Shown: piece by piece, positions 47,637 through 57,223 of the stretch
How positions within the stretch are numbered: the first letter of the stretch is position 1
Layout: every line of letters starts with the position of its first letter
Source of the DNA: Parcubacteria group bacterium
GTDB taxonomy: Bacteria; Patescibacteriota; Minisyncoccia; UBA10092
Reading direction: 5' to 3'
DNA: 64,000 nt
Assembly: GCA_016186325.1 (NCBI GenBank)
Contig: JACPLW010000002.1
Span: forward strand, 1,485-65,484
Translations under genes and position numbers: made by a program
The notes under the pieces: generated by a model
What the model was told of the DNA's origin: nothing
The model's database searches: none
What the model saw: the letters and a program-made list of their open reading frames with translations, nothing else

Positions 47637-49748
47637 ATGCAGGAAGTAAAAAAATATTCTCTGGATTTTGCCCCGCCATCAGCGGGACGAGCCGGCCAGA
47701 CGCTAAAAATTGAAATAGGCAAACTGGCAAGTCAAGCTAATGGCGCCGTAACCGCACAACTCGGTGATACGGTAGTTTTGGCAACGTGCGTAATGTCAAA
47801 AAATCAGAAAATCGGAGTGAATTATATGCCGCTCACGGTTGATTATGAAGAAAAGTTTTATGCCCGCGGCAAAATTTTGGGCTCAAGATTTATGAGGCGG
47901 GAAGGCCGGCCTTCGGATGAAGCCATTCTAAACGGCCGTTTGATTGACCGGGCCCTGCGTCCGCTTTTTGATACAAGTATTCGCAATGAAATTCAAATTG
48001 TCACCACGGTTCTTTCGGTAGACGATAAAAATGACCCGGATATCGTTGCCATGATCGCTTCCTCGATAGCTCTTGCGATTTCTGACATCCCGTGGAACGG
48101 GCCTATCGCGGCTGTAAGAATTGGTCGCGCCGATTCAAAATGGATCTTGAATCCGAGTTTTGAAGAACGCCGATCGGGCATTACCGATTTAGTTGTTTCG
48201 GTCTCTCCGGACTTAAAAATAAATATGATCGAGGCCGGCGGATCTGAAATAAAAGAAGAAGAACTTTTGGAAGGATTCAAATTCGCCGAAGAAACTCTTA
48301 AAAATATCGTTGAGTTTATCAAAAAGATCGCCGGTGATTTTAATACACCAAAAGCGACGGCTGTTCTTGAGGCTACCGATAGCGAACTAGAAGAAAAAGC
48401 AAATGAATTTTTAAATGAAGACAACGCTCTTGAGAGCGCTCTTAACGAAAAGAAAAAAACGCAGTTGTGGATGAATTTAGACGTTTTAAAAGAAAAATTG
48501 ACGGCTTATATCAATACCATTGATGAATCAAAAGTAAAAATGGCAGAAAACTTTTTTGAAAAGGCAGTTGATAAAATGGTTCATAAAAATATTTTGGAAA
48601 AAGAATTGAGGCCAGACGGGAGATCTCTCGACGAATTGAGAGATTTAAGTTCTGAAATATCGTTTCTTCCCCGCACCCACGGTAGCGGCCTATTTCAGAG
48701 AGGCGAAACCCAAGTTTTGTCGGTTTTGACTTTGGGCGCTCCTTCCGATGAACTTATTATTGAGGGAATGGTAATAAGCACTAAAAAACACTTTGTCCAC
48801 CAATATAACTTTCCGCCTTTTTCGGTCGGAGAAATTGGCCGGATGGGCGGGCCGAAAAGAAGAGATATAGGCCATGGCGCTTTAGCCGAAAAAGCGCTTC
48901 AAATGATGGTGCCTGAAAAAGAAGAATTTCCTTATGCCATAAGAATCGTCTCCGAAGTTTTATCGTCCAACGGTTCTTCATCTATGGCATCAACTTGCGC
49001 CTCAACATTGGCGCTTATGGATGCCGGCGTGCCTCTTAAAAAACCGGTGGCCGGCATCGCCATGGGTTTGATGAGCGACGGGAAAAACGTTCATAAAATT
49101 TTAACCGACATTCAAGGCCCGGAAGACCACTATGGCGACATGGATTTTAAAGTGGCCGGCACGCGCGACGGTGTTACCGCCCTGCAAATGGATGTAAAAA
49201 TTGATGGAGTGGATATAGAAACACTCGAAAAAGCCCTGGCGCAGGCAAAAAAAGCGCGGCTCCAAATTTTGGATCATATGGCAAAAACCATCGCCGAGCC
49301 AAAAAAAGAATTATCGCCACTCGCGCCAAGAATTATTACCATGCAAGTTCATGTTGACAAAATTAGAGAGGTTATCGGCCCGGGCGGCAAAGTGATTAAC
49401 GATATCATCGCCAAAACCGGCGCCACGGTTGACATTGAAGATTCCGGCTTAATTTTCATAACCGCCGAAAATGAAGAAAGCGGGCTCAAAGCCAAACAAA
49501 TGGTTGAAGATATCGTTAAAGAGTACAAAATCGGCGATATCGTCACCGGTAAAGTAATTCAAATTCTTGATTTTGGCGCCATTGTTGAAATTGGCCGCGG
49601 AAAAGACGGAATGATACACATTTCGGAGCTCGCTCCGCGCCGAGTAGAAAAAGTCACCGACATCGTAAACATCGGCGACGAAGTAACAGTGAAAATAAAG
49701 AGGGTTGAAGGCGGAAAAATCAGTTTGTCGTTAAAAGACGTGAGTTAA
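47637..49748 (+). CDS. pnp: polyribonucleotide nucleotidyltransferase
   Basis: RREGRP, RTHGSGLFQRGETQ, SNGSSSMA, GDMDFKVAG, KH and S1 domains; start moved to ATG at 47637. Confidence 0.97.
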   Translation: MQEVKKYSLDFAPPSAGRAGQTLKIEIGKLASQANGAVTAQLGDTVVLATCVMSKNQKIGVNYMPLTVDYEEKFYARGKILGSRFMRREGRPSDEAILNGRLIDRALRPLFDTSIRNEIQIVTTVLSVDDKNDPDIVAMIASSIALAISDIPWNGPIAAVRIGRADSKWILNPSFEERRSGITDLVVSVSPDLKINMIEAGGSEIKEEELLEGFKFAEETLKNIVEFIKKIAGDFNTPKATAVLEATDSELEEKANEFLNEDNALESALNEKKKTQLWMNLDVLKEKLTAYINTIDESKVKMAENFFEKAVDKMVHKNILEKELRPDGRSLDELRDLSSEISFLPRTHGSGLFQRGETQVLSVLTLGAPSDELIIEGMVISTKKHFVHQYNFPPFSVGEIGRMGGPKRRDIGHGALAEKALQMMVPEKEEFPYAIRIVSEVLSSNGSSSMASTCASTLALMDAGVPLKKPVAGIAMGLMSDGKNVHKILTDIQGPEDHYGDMDFKVAGTRDGVTALQMDVKIDGVDIETLEKALAQAKKARLQILDHMAKTIAEPKKELSPLAPRIITMQVHVDKIREVIGPGGKVINDIIAKTGATVDIEDSGLIFITAENEESGLKAKQMVEDIVKEYKIGDIVTGKVIQILDFGAIVEIGRGKDGMIHISELAPRRVEKVTDIVNIGDEVTVKIKRVEGGKISLSLKDVS

Positions 49749-49760
49749 GAAATATAAAAT

Positions 49761-50135
49761 ATGAACGAGAATTTGCCAAAATCTGAAACTAACGAAGAAA
49801 GTGAGAAACATCTATTAAGTGACGCAAAACGTGTAATAAATTCTATGTGGAAAAAAGCGATGGACGCGGGCGATCTTCCATTGAGCGTAGATCCGAGTTA
49901 TCAGGTTTGGCTAGAAGATTTGGAAAAGCGTAAAAGCGAATTCGCAAGAGTTTTGTTTAACAAAGCTAGAGAATCGGTTGGAGAGGATAAACTTCGTTCA
50001 GCGCAGACACTTAAACATCTTATGGAGCTTCTCAATAACTCGGAGCGGCACGAATTGTTAAAAGAACTCATGACAACAGATGAAGCGATACAAAAATTGA
50101 TTGCGGATGCGGAGCAGCAGGTGAGATCAAAATAA
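49761..50135 (+). CDS. hypothetical protein
   Basis: 124-aa ORF inside a putative island. Confidence 0.6.
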   Translation: MNENLPKSETNEESEKHLLSDAKRVINSMWKKAMDAGDLPLSVDPSYQVWLEDLEKRKSEFARVLFNKARESVGEDKLRSAQTLKHLMELLNNSERHELLKELMTTDEAIQKLIADAEQQVRSK

Positions 50136-50150
50136 ATACTTCTCAATCAA

Positions 50151-50189
50151 ATTACGGATTTTCAACCGATCGGAATAATGTCCGTAATT
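50151..50189. repeat. 39-bp palindromic direct repeat (copy at 50855-50893)
   Basis: ATTACGGATTTTCAACCGATCGGAATAATRTCCGTAATT, one mismatch. Confidence 0.9.
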
Positions 50190-50233
50190 TGAAGTAAGTG
50201 CAAAAATAAATAAAGTTCTTTTTATAAAAATTT

Positions 50234-50782
50234 TTATAGACGAAATCTCTCTTTAAGATCTAACTCAATATCAACATCTTTAATTCTTAAAAATCTTACG
50301 TAGGGAGCGAGGTTAAACATTTCTACAATAAAATCTATTTCATTTTTACATTCATATGGATGAATAAATACACTTTTCTGCATTGGGTAAAAGCCAAGCT
50401 CTTTTAACTTAGCTGCCAGGGCTTTTCTCCCAACATTTTTATCTTCGGGTATATCAAAAATTACTAAACGCCATAATTTGTCCCATTGCGTTGGTTTTTT
50501 AATTTCTATTTTATCCAAATCATATTTTAAAATTCTGCTTTTCCCTTTTGCGCTCAAAGTAAGCATAACCGTTCCGTCTTTATCTTCTTTATAGTCAACA
50601 AGCTTTGATCGGTACAATCTTTTTATTGCTTCTCTTAAATACCGCTCATTTATTTTTCCCCATTCTTTAGAAACTTTCTTTAGAATACGAAAATAATGAT
50701 CTGGCCGACGTGTTAAAGATAAAGCAAATCCAGCTTCTAAGAGAAGTAAAACTTTTTTACTTGCCGGTCCTAAATGTTTCAT
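50234..50782 (-). CDS. PaaX-like protein (wHTH + Cas2-like domain)
   Basis: WDKLWRLVIFDIPE...LKELGF.PMQKSVF. Confidence 0.8.
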   Translation of the reverse strand: MKHLGPASKKVLLLLEAGFALSLTRRPDHYFRILKKVSKEWGKINERYLREAIKRLYRSKLVDYKEDKDGTVMLTLSAKGKSRILKYDLDKIEIKKPTQWDKLWRLVIFDIPEDKNVGRKALAAKLKELGFYPMQKSVFIHPYECKNEIDFIVEMFNLAPYVRFLRIKDVDIELDLKERFRL

Positions 50783-51004
50783 GTATTTCCTTTACTTTAT
50801 TATTTTTGATAATTTAATTTTTTTTATTATTTAAATTTAAATAATATCACAAAGATTACGGATTTTCAACCGATCGGAATAATATCCGTAATTGGCAATA
50901 GACACAAAAATAGAAAAATCAGTTTGTCGCTGAAGGATGCCGCAGATAGAAAATAGAAACAAAAAAAAGCCGTTGGAATTATATCCCACCGGCAAGAAGT
51001 TATT

Positions 51005-51181
51005 TTATCTTCTAACTTTAGCTCCGCAATCCCAGCAACGCTTATCGTCACTTGTCCAAGTATCGTGATCACAAGCAAATTTACCAACATCTTCAACAGG
51101 AATTATTTTCTCAAAGCCCCTTGAACGAATCCGGAGTACAAGATATTTACCTTGCGCATCACGCCGATACTCTGTTTTCAT
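51005..51181 (-). CDS. small Zn-ribbon-like protein
   Basis: AAGGAGG RBS; CDH...CWDCG. Confidence 0.55.
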   Translation of the reverse strand: MKTEYRRDAQGKYLVLRIRSRGFEKIIPVEDVGKFACDHDTWTSDDKRCWDCGAKVRR

Positions 51182-51218
51182 GTTGCCTCCTTGGAGTTGA
51201 AGAGTGCCCCCCAGGGGC

Positions 51219-51401
51219 TTATCTGAAAACATGGCACATATCGTAATCTTTTTTAACTCTTGTCGCGCTATAGCCAGAGATTAGGCGAGCTTCTCGATAC
51301 GCTTGAGGTAAAAATGTATCACATCTTGGCGAGCACCAATTTTTATGGTCTTTTATTTCTTTCTCAACGGCTTTTCGCAGTTCTTGGACAGTTTTTTTCA
51401 T
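51219..51401 (-). CDS. small hypothetical protein
   Basis: GAGGAGG RBS. Confidence 0.55.
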   Translation of the reverse strand: MKKTVQELRKAVEKEIKDHKNWCSPRCDTFLPQAYREARLISGYSATRVKKDYDMCHVFR

Positions 51402-51549
51402 AACGCCTCCTCGTTGTTAAAAAACAGAAAAAGTGCTGTGAACAGAGTCTATAACACAACAGTTTTAAACTCAAGTTTTATGTTGCTGTGGATAAACGAA
51501 CAACATTGTCCTGCAGCTGCGAGGTGGTTTTTATGTTATAATAAAAATA

Positions 51550-52650
51550 ATGGCAGACCCAACTACACAAAAAGACGAAAATATTGTTATTCGGACAATG
51601 AAAAGCGACCTGGAAGACTTGAACAATCCTCGTCCAAAAAAAGAGAAGGAACCGATTCCGGTAATGCCGGCGGGATCTATTTCTAAAGAGACGCAATACA
51701 AGGCACCTCAAATGCCAACGCTCCCGCCACTGCCAAAAATAGAAGAGAAAACTAAACCGCCTATTTTAATTGTTCCGCAAAAAATTATTCCTCCAAAGGA
51801 GATCACTGAAATCCCCGCGAGACCTATATATAAAGCTATGCCCGCGTTGATTAAGATTGGCGCCATCGGATTGGGCGTAATTTTAATCACGATTTTTGGA
51901 CTTTATGGCTATTGGAAAGTTTTTATTCAAACTGAACCGCCGGCGCCACCCGTTATTACGCCTAGCGCCACAACCACTGTTCCCGGATTTCCTATAACGC
52001 CATCCGCTACCACAACAGCACCCATAAAATTCTTCAATAAACTACCGAACAAAACGGTGACAATTGATTTGTCTTCAAAAACACCGGGCGCGCTAATTCA
52101 AGCATTACAATCTGAAGCGGCTGTAAGCGAGACACGCGCTTCGGTAAAACAAATTAAAGTAACCTACCTGGGGAAATCTATAACTGCTCAAGAATTCTTT
52201 GACTTGATGTCTATCTTCGCTCCACAGAATTTTCTGTCAAACTATGAAAATGAATTTGCTTTTACTTTTTTCTATCACTTATACCAGCAAAAAAACGAAG
52301 TGCGGCCAATTTTGATTTTAAAAACCAAAAACCGAGACTTGGCTCAAACCCAGCTGCAAGATTGGGAAAAAACCAGCTTAATAAGCGATATGTACCCTTT
52401 GTTTTTATTAGATTTTAAATTACCAACAATAAAATCTTTTAAATCTTACTTATTTATCAATCAACCTGTCCGATATCTAAACATTAATGTCCCGTACGCT
52501 TCATTAAGCTACACAATCTATAACGACTTTGTTATTTTATCGACTTCCAGTGCCGGAATGTTTGTAATTTTGCAAGACTTGACGGGACAAAGCATTTCCG
52601 CCGATTACTTAAAGCGTCTCGAGGCTTCACTCGGAAATTTAACCAGATAA
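51550..52650 (+). CDS. single-pass membrane protein with Pro/Thr-rich linker
   Basis: IRTMKSDL N-terminal motif, TM helix. Confidence 0.75.
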   Translation: MADPTTQKDENIVIRTMKSDLEDLNNPRPKKEKEPIPVMPAGSISKETQYKAPQMPTLPPLPKIEEKTKPPILIVPQKIIPPKEITEIPARPIYKAMPALIKIGAIGLGVILITIFGLYGYWKVFIQTEPPAPPVITPSATTTVPGFPITPSATTTAPIKFFNKLPNKTVTIDLSSKTPGALIQALQSEAAVSETRASVKQIKVTYLGKSITAQEFFDLMSIFAPQNFLSNYENEFAFTFFYHLYQQKNEVRPILILKTKNRDLAQTQLQDWEKTSLISDMYPLFLLDFKLPTIKSFKSYLFINQPVRYLNINVPYASLSYTIYNDFVILSTSSAGMFVILQDLTGQSISADYLKRLEASLGNLTR

Positions 52651-53763
52651 AAAACTCTTTAGCCTTAGAATTCTAAACAAGGATTCATCGATTCTCTTTT
52701 CCGTAATCTCCTTATTGAGCACGGCTTTTTTTAATTGGTTTAAAATTTTAACTTGTTTTTCCGGCGTGAAAGTACTGATAAGCATATCCGCGCCGGCATT
52801 AATAGAATCTACGGCAACTTGTTCGATTGAGCCTCCAACCGATGCCATTTCAAGATCATCGGTAATAATCACGCCCTCAAACTGAAGTTGTTTTCTCAAA
52901 ATACCACCAAGCATTTCTGAAGACAGCGTAGAGGGTTTTTGACTTATAAAAGGAATGGCAATGTGGGCAGTCATAATTGCAGGAACCCGGCTGTCAAGCA
53001 GTATTTTTTTAAATGGTACCAGGTTAATGTCAAATGTTTCCTTATTGATTCTTAGCAACGCTTTATTATTGTGAGGATCCGATAAAATGTCGCTATATCC
53101 CGGAAAATGTTTAACAACCGGCATTACGCCGCCCTTGATATAGCCGTTTACCATAGCTCCCCCTAATTTGCCGCTGTTTTCAGGAGTAGTCTCAAATGTC
53201 CGATGATAAAGATAAGAATTTTTATCCGAAACATAATCCAGAATCGGCGAAAAATTCATATTCACGCCTAATTCTTTCAGTTCTTGCGCTCTTTTAAAAG
53301 CGACGCTTTCTGCTTGAGCTATGCTGATAATTTTGTTTTGCGGCGTTAATTCGCTCAAAAATTTAAAACGCACCATAACCCCTCCTTCTTGATCGGTGGC
53401 AATCAAAAGCGGAATTTGAGAAATTGATTGTAAATCACTAATGAGTTTTCTGACTTGGTTTCGATTTTCTACATTACGGCCCAGTAAATTTATGCCGCCA
53501 ACATGATACTGCTTAATCATCTTTTCAACATGGCTATCGACATATTCATTTTCAAAGCCGATAATCATCATTTGCCCGATTTTTTCATCCAAAGACATTT
53601 TAGAAATTTTTAACTTAACAGGGTCATCTATTGGCGATTTTAAATTTGTTAATTGATTTGGTTCTTTTTCAGATTTTCCTTGCTCCGTACTACCAATAAA
53701 ATAAAATACTGTACTGCCTGCAACTGCGATAAACAACGCGATGATTAAAATATTCTTAAACAT
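52639..53763 (-). CDS. GH3 beta-N-acetylhexosaminidase (NagZ-like)
   Basis: EKIGQM, DQEGG, KHFPG, IITDDLEM. Confidence 0.88.
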   Translation of the reverse strand: MFKNILIIALFIAVAGSTVFYFIGSTEQGKSEKEPNQLTNLKSPIDDPVKLKISKMSLDEKIGQMMIIGFENEYVDSHVEKMIKQYHVGGINLLGRNVENRNQVRKLISDLQSISQIPLLIATDQEGGVMVRFKFLSELTPQNKIISIAQAESVAFKRAQELKELGVNMNFSPILDYVSDKNSYLYHRTFETTPENSGKLGGAMVNGYIKGGVMPVVKHFPGYSDILSDPHNNKALLRINKETFDINLVPFKKILLDSRVPAIMTAHIAIPFISQKPSTLSSEMLGGILRKQLQFEGVIITDDLEMASVGGSIEQVAVDSINAGADMLISTFTPEKQVKILNQLKKAVLNKEITEKRIDESLFRILRLKSFLSG

Positions 53764-53839
53764 ACAAACATAATATACCATGGCCATGTGGATAATTGGT
53801 TATTGACAAAACAACAACATGGTGCTAAGCTTATTATAA

Positions 53840-54054
53840 GTCCTCGTTTCTGATCTGTTAAAAGTTATCCTGGTATTCGTACTGGGAAAAGGCTATCTGC
53901 TAGCCAAAATTGATTAGCTCTTTTCAAAAATTTAGGTCTTGTACCGCAGAGCGGAACAAGGACATTAGGATAGAGAAAGCAGACTCTATCCATACAAGGG
54001 CGACCAACACCCATTTAAACAATAGTTTTACGGGTTCTAACGGCGCCCTTTTTC
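53840..54054 (+). ncRNA. candidate structured RNA (unassigned)
   Basis: Promoter-like TTGACA upstream; several stems including a UUCG-capped hairpin. Confidence 0.3.
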
Positions 54055-54208
54055 GTTGTTGTCAAAAATTTAATAATTTTTGGTATAACAAACAGAACCC
54101 CGCAATCCCGATATTACAGTCGGGACTCCGACCCCAGAGGCGTCGGAGCTGCGGGATTTATACGTTATTGTTGACCGCTTTTTAATTTTCGTATACTATC
54201 TAACCATT

Positions 54209-54607
54209 ATGTTAGACCAACAAACTTTAGAGGAATTAAAATCTGCGCTTGATAAAGAGCGTGAAATTCTAATTGGTGAATTAGAAACCATCGCTACGCC
54301 CGATCCTCACTTAAAGGACGACTGGAACGTCAAACATGAAGAATGGAGTGAAAATCAAATAACAAGCGAGGAAACGCTTGAAAGCGATGAGAGCGTCAAC
54401 GAATCAGACGAAGATATGAAAAATAAAGCTCTTTCCGACCATCTTGAATTAAGATTGAGAGATGTAAATAATGCTTTAAAACGCATGGAAGACGGAACCT
54501 ATGGGACTTGCGAAGTTTGCCAAGAACCAATCGCGCTTGAACGGCTAAAAGCCAACCCGGCAGCTTCAACCGATGTAGAACATGCTGTGAAAAATCATGG
54601 CATCTAA
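54209..54607 (+). CDS. DksA/TraR-family protein
   Basis: ALKRMEDGTYGTCEVC.EPI..ERLKANP. Confidence 0.82.
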   Translation: MLDQQTLEELKSALDKEREILIGELETIATPDPHLKDDWNVKHEEWSENQITSEETLESDESVNESDEDMKNKALSDHLELRLRDVNNALKRMEDGTYGTCEVCQEPIALERLKANPAASTDVEHAVKNHGI

Positions 54608-56135
54608 GCTTTATTCTGCCGCCTTAAGCGGTATAAATGCGAAAATTGTGGAGGTCGAGTGCGATTTGGCGCCCGGCCTCTTTAATTTTTCCATCGTTGG
54701 ATTACCGGATGCGGCAGTTAAAGAATCAAAAGACCGTGTGTCATCTGCTTTAAAAAACTCCGGCGCTTCCCAGCCGTCTAGGCGCAATAAGCGCCTGACC
54801 GTTAATTTAGCGCCGGCCGATTTAAAAAAAGAAGGCCCGGCTTACGACCTGCCGATTGCTTTGGGTTATTTACTGGTTTCCGGCCAAATCAAGTTTGATC
54901 CGGAAAAAAAACTGTTTGCCGGGGAGCTGGCTTTGGACGGAAATTTAAGACCCGTTAACGGCATTCTTTCAATAGTCATGGAAGCTAAAAACCGCGGATT
55001 TAAAACTGTTTTTATCCCAAAATCCAACATGGCTGAAGCATCTCTGGTTAGAGACATTGAAATTATCGGGGCCAATAATTTAGTTGAGATTTTTGAACAC
55101 CTCGAAAACAAAAAAAATATCAGCCCTTGCTTAAATTCCGACTTAGAATCGGAATTTACGAAAAATTCGGAAGAAAACTCCGATGTTGACCTGGCTTTAA
55201 TCCGCGGCCAGGAAAAAGCCAAGCGGGTTTTGGAGATCGCCGCCAGCGGAAATCATAATATTATTTTTTCCGGGCCGCCCGGGTCGGGGAAGACTCTTTT
55301 AGCCAAAGCTCTGGCTTCAATTTTGCCAAAATTAAATCTGGAAGAAGCTATTGAAGTAATGAGAATCTGGAGCGTTGCCGGTTTGCTTAAAGAAGACAAA
55401 TCTCTCCTATATAAAAGGCCCTTTCGGTCGCCTCATCACACCGCTTCGGGGATTTCTCTTGTCGGCGGCGGCGCTTGGCCCCGGCCGGGAGAAATTTCTT
55501 TGGCTCATCGCGGAGTTCTGTTCCTTGATGAATTTCCGGAATTTTCACGAAATGTTTTAGAAAACTTAAGACAGCCGCTCGAAGAAAACACCGTTACTGT
55601 TTCCCGAGCCCAAGGCAGTATAACTTTTCCGGCTCAATTTTTAATGGTCGCTTCAATGAACCCATGCCCCTGCGGATACTTAAACGACTCCTTAAAAGAA
55701 TGTATATGCGCGCCGAGCCAAATCATAAAATATAAAAGGAAACTATCGGGCCCGCTTCTTGATAGGATAGACCTCCACGTTGAGGTGCCCCGCCTAAAAT
55801 ACGAAGAAATGACCGATAGCGGCGCCGGCGAAACCAGCCAAACTATGAGAAAAAGAGTTGAAGAAACCCGCGCGATCCAGGTTTCACGCTTTAGAAACGA
55901 CGGAATTCTAACTAACCGTGAAATGTCGGTTCGCCATATTAAAAAATACTGCGCCCTCGATGAAACTGCGGAAAAAATGATGAGAAACGCCGTTAGTTCT
56001 ATGGGGCTTTCAACCCGCACTTACCACCGCTTGCTGAAAATTTCCCGCACCATCGCCGACTTGGAGGCTTCCGAAAACATAAAACCCCAGCACTTGGCCG
56101 AGGCTCTTCAATACAGACCGAGGGAAGAGGTTTAG
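54597..56135 (+). CDS. comM: YifB/ComM Mg-chelatase-like AAA+ protein
   Basis: VGLPD, NLAPADLKKEG, GPPGSGKT, PHH, LFLDEFPEF, MNPCPCG. Confidence 0.92.
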   Translation: MASKLYSAALSGINAKIVEVECDLAPGLFNFSIVGLPDAAVKESKDRVSSALKNSGASQPSRRNKRLTVNLAPADLKKEGPAYDLPIALGYLLVSGQIKFDPEKKLFAGELALDGNLRPVNGILSIVMEAKNRGFKTVFIPKSNMAEASLVRDIEIIGANNLVEIFEHLENKKNISPCLNSDLESEFTKNSEENSDVDLALIRGQEKAKRVLEIAASGNHNIIFSGPPGSGKTLLAKALASILPKLNLEEAIEVMRIWSVAGLLKEDKSLLYKRPFRSPHHTASGISLVGGGAWPRPGEISLAHRGVLFLDEFPEFSRNVLENLRQPLEENTVTVSRAQGSITFPAQFLMVASMNPCPCGYLNDSLKECICAPSQIIKYKRKLSGPLLDRIDLHVEVPRLKYEEMTDSGAGETSQTMRKRVEETRAIQVSRFRNDGILTNREMSVRHIKKYCALDETAEKMMRNAVSSMGLSTRTYHRLLKISRTIADLEASENIKPQHLAEALQYRPREEV

Positions 56136-56932
56136 CGCGCGAAAGGCTGTGCGGCGCCATCTACTCCAAAATGGAGATGACAACCGGTAGAATTGCCAGA
56201 ACCAGGCTGTCCCGGATAGCCGCCCATGAAGGCAACGATACTGCCTTGATTAACATATTGGCCCGCATTAACAAGAACGTTTTTTAGATGGGCATATAAA
56301 GTGGTAACGCCGTTGGGATGTAAAATTTTAAAATAGCCGCCATAACCGCTATTGGCCCATCTGGCAGTGCTTTGGGTCGGATAAGCAGCGGTAACAACGC
56401 CGGAAGCCGCGGCAAATACCGGAATGTTTTCATGAAGACAATCATCGCCGGCGGAAATATCAACCGCGTTATACGAGTGCAGGCGGCCCTGGTTATGGCC
56501 CGTTGTAGGAAAAATAAAATAGCCGGTAAGAGAAGGGCCATAATAAGGCGCGGGCCGAGGCGCTGCTGGCTTTGATGGTTCGGGAGTGCTAGGTATTGTA
56601 ATCGGATTTTGATTCTGCAAAATTGAATCCTGGCCGGTAATTAAGGGGTTTCTGTCATCGTAATACGGCCCTTCCTCTAAAATACCGCTTGAATCAGAGC
56701 TAGCGCTGGCGGCAAAAGCCAAAAGGGTCGACTGATAACCGACCGCCGGTGAACCTTCGTTCTGTTGCGCACTGTCTGGAGCGGATACGATTTCAATTAT
56801 TTCGCCGCCAATGTTCTCCCCTCCGAGATAAACGAACCGATTTTTAAAACCGGCCGGGCTAGATGAATTAATGGCTAAAACAAGCGAGAAAACTAAAAAC
56901 AACGAAACCCAAAGCGGGCTCTTTTCGGTCAA
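56132..56932 (-). CDS. M23-family metallopeptidase
   Basis: H..AVDI, TLYAHL, STGCHLHF. Confidence 0.85.
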   Translation of the reverse strand: MTEKSPLWVSLFLVFSLVLAINSSSPAGFKNRFVYLGGENIGGEIIEIVSAPDSAQQNEGSPAVGYQSTLLAFAASASSDSSGILEEGPYYDDRNPLITGQDSILQNQNPITIPSTPEPSKPAAPRPAPYYGPSLTGYFIFPTTGHNQGRLHSYNAVDISAGDDCLHENIPVFAAASGVVTAAYPTQSTARWANSGYGGYFKILHPNGVTTLYAHLKNVLVNAGQYVNQGSIVAFMGGYPGQPGSGNSTGCHLHFGVDGAAQPFAR

Positions 56933-57223
56933 GACTCTTATTTTTCCCGCGAGAAATTGTAAAACAGGCGGGATTTGCCCAAAAAGAGTATAAATAAGCC
57001 AAAATTAAGGGTAATAAGCCTGAAGCTAAACAGCAAAATTCACCACTTAATGGTAGCAAAGCTCTTTTTGGCCAGTCAAGGTAGTTATCCCCATGTAGTT
57101 TATGCTATCATATGCTGGACATGGATCCCGTTAGAAATTTATGTTGTTAATCAAACACAAATTAAACGGACAACTTACATTATTTTTTGTAATTAAGAAA
57201 ATTGAAAATAGATTTCTAACGGG

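Noticed and set aside
50151-50893. CRISPR array next to a Cas2-like gene
   Set aside because: Only two repeats about 700 bp apart with a gene between them; no spacers and no cas1.
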